NCBI GenBank assembly: GCA_010093815.1
Contig: ML996577.1
From: Pseudovirgaria hyperparasitica
Lineage: Eukaryota
Reading direction: 5' to 3' (one strand)
DNA length: 64,000 nucleotides
The notes under the pieces are model-generated. The model was given only the letters and a program-made list of their open reading frames with translations, had not been told where the DNA came from and ran no database searches. The position numbers were made by a program, and so were the translations under genes. This document shows, one piece after another, positions 59,812 to 64,000 of the stretch. Each line of letters opens with the position of its first letter. The stretch's first letter is position 1.

Positions 59812-61677
59812 TCATGGCCTCTCTACAATTCGCACAGGTACATGTGTTCCCTCCATCTGCAAGGTTATACGTATCCCCATGTTATTCCGAAACTTCTGTC
59901 GCGCCGATTCGTTTGCTTGCTGCCAGGCCAGCTTGCGCTCGTCGGCAGACATCTGCTCAAGAGGAACTCCTGCTGCCCATTCGTCCACGGCCAACTCTAT
60001 GGAGTACTGCGAGTAAATTGTGATCAACGCAGCGTAGATCTCTACGAGGGCAAATCTGCGGCCGATACATGAGCGGGGTCCTTCTGAAAACGGCAGATAT
60101 GCACCACGTGGGGGATGGTACAAGTTGGGTGAAGAGAAGTCGTCGGCGCCAGACGTGCTCTCATGTTGACCAGGCTCGCTCTGTGATAAGTGTTGGAGCC
60201 AGCGTTCAGGTATAAATTTGTCCAAATCGTCTTCAGATTCAGATGGCGTATGTGAATTCGATGAAAGATCTTGAGGCCAGTGCTTGGGGTTGCGATGAAC
60301 TGACGCTACGCAGACCCTGATCATAGTGTTTGCAGGTAAAGAAATTGATCTACCTTCAACATCGACTTGCTGCGGACTGTTACGCACCTGCTTTGGAATG
60401 CCGATGACCGGAGGGACCCAACGAAGAGCTTCATTGACGACTGCGCCCACGTAGCTATTCGCCACTCTTGAGATCTCTGCATCGTAATCCAGAGTATCGA
60501 GTAGGCGACCTTGCAGAATGACATCGATCGCGTCTTGAAGCTTTTTTTGCACTTCAGGATGCTGAGCCAACAGAATTATGGTATGAGTAAGGGTACCAGA
60601 AGAGGTCTCATGTCCAGCAAGGAGAAGGATGAAAGCGTTTCCAACGACTTCAGCATCAGTCAACCCGTCGTTGGATTGCTGTGGCTTCGAGCCTTTAGCA
60701 AGCTGGCCAAGGATGTCAACGTTCTTCTCGTTGAGACCGGCGTCAAAGTCTGCCCTCTTCGATAGGACGAGACCTTTCATGTGCTTTCCCCATTGCTGAA
60801 ACGCCTCCGCTGATCTTTTGTAAGTGCCTAGACAGATGACGTTAGCTCCTCTATAGGCCAGTATTCACTCTTCGAACGCACTCAACGCTATCATCCATCT
60901 TGGAAGAACCATAACTGGCAGCAAGTTGTGTAGTAAGTGCTTCAATGAAGCTGCATAGGACATGCTATATCCAGGTGGTAAGTCTTTCGATTGAGACTTC
61001 TCGTGCTCATCAAGTGATATACACTGTCCGAACCCAGCCATACTAATGATGCTCAGAGTCAAACGTCTCATGTCAGCGGAGACTGAGTGCAAGATGTTCT
61101 CACAGCTTCCATTACACCAAGTCTTTAGTAAAGTTTCCGTATGTTTGATTGTTTCTGTCCATACTAGCTTGTTGTTCCTTTCTGAGAAGGCAGGACTGAC
61201 GAACTTGCGATGGCGTCTCCACTTAGACTCCTCTGAAGTCAAGACGTTGTCGCCGTAAATATTGACATTTTTGTATAAAAACGTTGGCTTGGGGAAATCA
61301 TGCCTCCTCGAAGTTACTTGATCAATGACAGCCGGATCCGCCGTCGACAAGATCATTCCTCTTGGAGAGACAGTGAAGAAATTGTCAGCTCCGACTTTTT
61401 CAAAAGGTTCGTAAAGAAGCTGCCACACCCAGCTCGAGCCCAACAGGCTGCGCCATGATGTGGGACTTCCAGGCGGTGGGAGGATGCTTCGCTCAAGATA
61501 TTTGAGACAGCGTATGAATATTAGAGCAAGGATTCCATCGTATTGGTATACGGGAACCACGATGTACGGTAAGCCTGTCTTGCGGACAAGGAGGATGTTG
61601 CGGCGAAGGGACAGGAGGCTGAGCATGCAATAAAAGACGACACTCAACAATGTTATCATCAAGAGTTCCTGTTTCAT
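59812..61677 (-). CDS. Cytochrome P450, 2 exons
   Basis: N-terminal TM anchor, WRRHRK, AGHETS I-helix, EALR, PERW, heme motif FSEGPRSCIG; intron about 60820-60880. Confidence 0.93.
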
Positions 61678-62672
61678 GATGAATTTTCAGCCAGTCAGGA
61701 AGTGTTTAGATGTTTTAGGATCGACTTCGGTCAAGTTCAGCTTGTGGTTGTACTGATAAGTGAGCGGGGAAGCCTCAACCTTGTTTGGACCCCACATCTA
61801 ACCTTTCATAGTAAACATAGTTTGCAAGTCTAGTCCACAGCGTATCGTGTGTGTGTAGTATTTCTATATTCTTGGTTCTATGATCAAGCTCTTTCTATAT
61901 AATTGGAAGCTAATCACGACATTGGTATTGTCATGTTAATCTTTTACAGTACTTACAAGAACATGGAATACTATTAACTACTCTCAATTTTGATACTTTC
62001 AAGTCTAGAGGGGGCAGTATAAGCGATAATTAAGTTATTACCATAAGGTTACTTCAATAAAAATTTTGTTCTGGTAGACGGCTGGCTTGCTCAAATGGAA
62101 TAGAGCCAAAATTGGGGAATCTCAAGTTCAATAGAGTTGTATACATACTTGTATATAATACCAGAGAGGGAATGGCATATATCACGACGAAGGAGATATA
62201 GGGTCGAACTGAAATAGAGAAAGTGAGAAATCTCATCATACGTTCTAACTTGAACTCTTATCCAACTGCCTAGCAACGTGGATAACTAGGTAGTCGGGTT
62301 AGATATATCTTCTTGTTGTAGAAACTATGCCAGACATATCGCCAAAGTACTCCTGATGAATCTAGGACCTTCGTATGAATCTGCTGTTGGCCTTTGGTTG
62401 AGCTGTGATTAGAGCGAGACTCGTATCACTTCATCTGTGTATGGTAGACTTCTACCTTCTGTCAGTTGTGATATCAGCCAGACAAAGCTTCCAACATTTG
62501 ACAGTGCTCACTAAAGCTGGTATTGAAATGTCGATAGCAACGCCCGGAGGCGAAAATTCCCGTCAAGTAGAATCATCAAAGTCAGTTCGGCATGAAGCAT
62601 ATGGTAAACAATAAGCTCAATTGCTGATTATTCATTTGACACGCTCTATACTACCTCTCCAACAACACTCAG

Positions 62673-64000
62673 CTACAATCGAAAAACACGTCGCACCAGC
62701 TCCCGCCTCATGATGGCAACCGAACTGGCCATCCTCTGTGCCGCTCCATGATTCTCCACAGCACGACGGAGCAAAAACTGGACCGACTCGCCCACCGCGC
62801 CCCACTGCAAACACTTATAAACCTCCACTTTAGCCCTCTTTTGACTCCTAGTCTCCATTTGAGCATCCTCTCTCTCCGCCTCTTCACAACGCCTCAGCAA
62901 TTCACAGCTCACCTCATCCGCCATGCCCTGCAGCTGGCCCCATCTCACGGGCGAGTACCTCGCACCCGACGCAACAGCACGCGTATACAATTCTACGCTC
63001 TTCTCGATCGACGCAGTATTATGACCGGCAAGAAAGACATGAACGTCTGGACTTCTGGCAGTCTTCGAAAAGCTCGAGAGCGAGCGCTCGATCAGTTGTG
63101 CTGCCAGCATATCATAGCACTGATCAGTCTCTGCCTTAGTATCATGGATGCGGCTGCGGTCCTCGCTGGAGAGGTACGCGCCTCGGACGAGTTTGACGCC
63201 GAGGACCCAGCCCTCAGTCTGAGCGAGACGCACGTGAGTCGTGAGAATGGAGGAACAATGCTTCAGGTATGCCTGATAGGTGTTGGAGATGAGAGGTATG
63301 GTGCGGTTGTAGGTGCGCATGAGGTCGAGGACCCATCGGTCTATAGTTGGCTGGATGGCTTGTTGCTCGGCGTCGAGCCATATACGAGTGCCTTGGGCTC
63401 TTGCCTGGGTGGCTATTTCGTCGATTGCGTCGAGGAGGGTATTGGGAGGGTCTTCGCCGGTTGCGAGACGAGCAAATATGGTGCGCCCCGCGCCTGTGAA
63501 TCTGACATTCGTTAACTATGTTATTCTAGGAATGGGAACACATCTCCATCAACTGCTGGTCTTGCCATTCTGTTCATGGATATGGCTGAGAAGGGTAGGT
63601 GTGACCTACTTCATGCCCATGTAATCGCCGCTACCAATCATGCTGAGTGTCTTGAGATGGTCTTCCTTCCAGGATCGAATGCCCAATTGCTGCTCTGTAT
63701 CTAAATCTATCTCCGAAACGGTGTTCAAGCCCGACGTCTCAGCCACTATCTCTCTCGTAGGGATCAGAATCACCCCTGAGTACCCCGCAGATCTCATGCT
63801 TGCTACAGTTTCAGCAACCTCTTTTGTCGTGGTTCCAGCACAGAAATGGTCATATAATGTTCTCCTCAGCATGATTCTCACCAGCCAATTGCTCTCGGGA
63901 TACAGTAATCGCCGCTTTGGATTGCCCACTTCCGCTAGTGCTTTCATACCAAGTCGAAACACAGTGTTGTTCATAAAAACAGAGCCCAGAACGATGTTCC
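62673..64000 (-). CDS. Proline dehydrogenase (Put1 family), 5' end outside window
   Basis: YDHFCAG, K/FTGAG, LDAEQQ, NTYQAYLK, GVKLVRGAYL, AGHN, GQLQGMADE, FLLRRAVEN. Confidence 0.9.

Noticed and set aside
62262..62297. Imperfect 12-bp hairpin CCAACTGCCTAG...CTAGGTAGTCGG
   Set aside because: Short and imperfect; could arise by chance and no RNA gene context is evident.

Overview
Gene-dense, intron-containing chromosome segment from a filamentous ascomycete (Pezizomycotina-like: short GT-AG introns with CTRAC branch sites, HET-domain genes, RIP-like AT-rich relics). About 26 protein-coding genes plus one pseudogene are supportable. Conserved housekeeping genes are GAPDH, class II HDAC Hda1/Clr3, COG1, a Tda3-like oxidoreductase, Ede1, Ypt1, Ggc1 and a partial proline dehydrogenase. 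An accessory-looking block at about 6-28.7 kb holds two tandem ubiquitin-fold-like paralogs, two HET-domain genes, an RBR E3 ligase with apparent N-terminal ubiquitin-like repeats, a Ser/Thr kinase with a presequence-like N-terminus, a BBE-like FAD oxidase, a Pth11-like membrane protein and an SDR. Best-supported hidden signals: a cryptic peroxisomal SKL extension behind the GAPDH stop codon, a 506-bp element with about 120-bp terminal inverted repeats next to a frameshifted epimerase pseudogene, and a conserved-intron paralog pair the ORF track misses. The most speculative and potentially novel item is a ubiquitin/HET/kinase island with Parkin/PINK1-like logic. All calls come from reading the sequence by eye; no database searches were run and exon boundaries are predictions.
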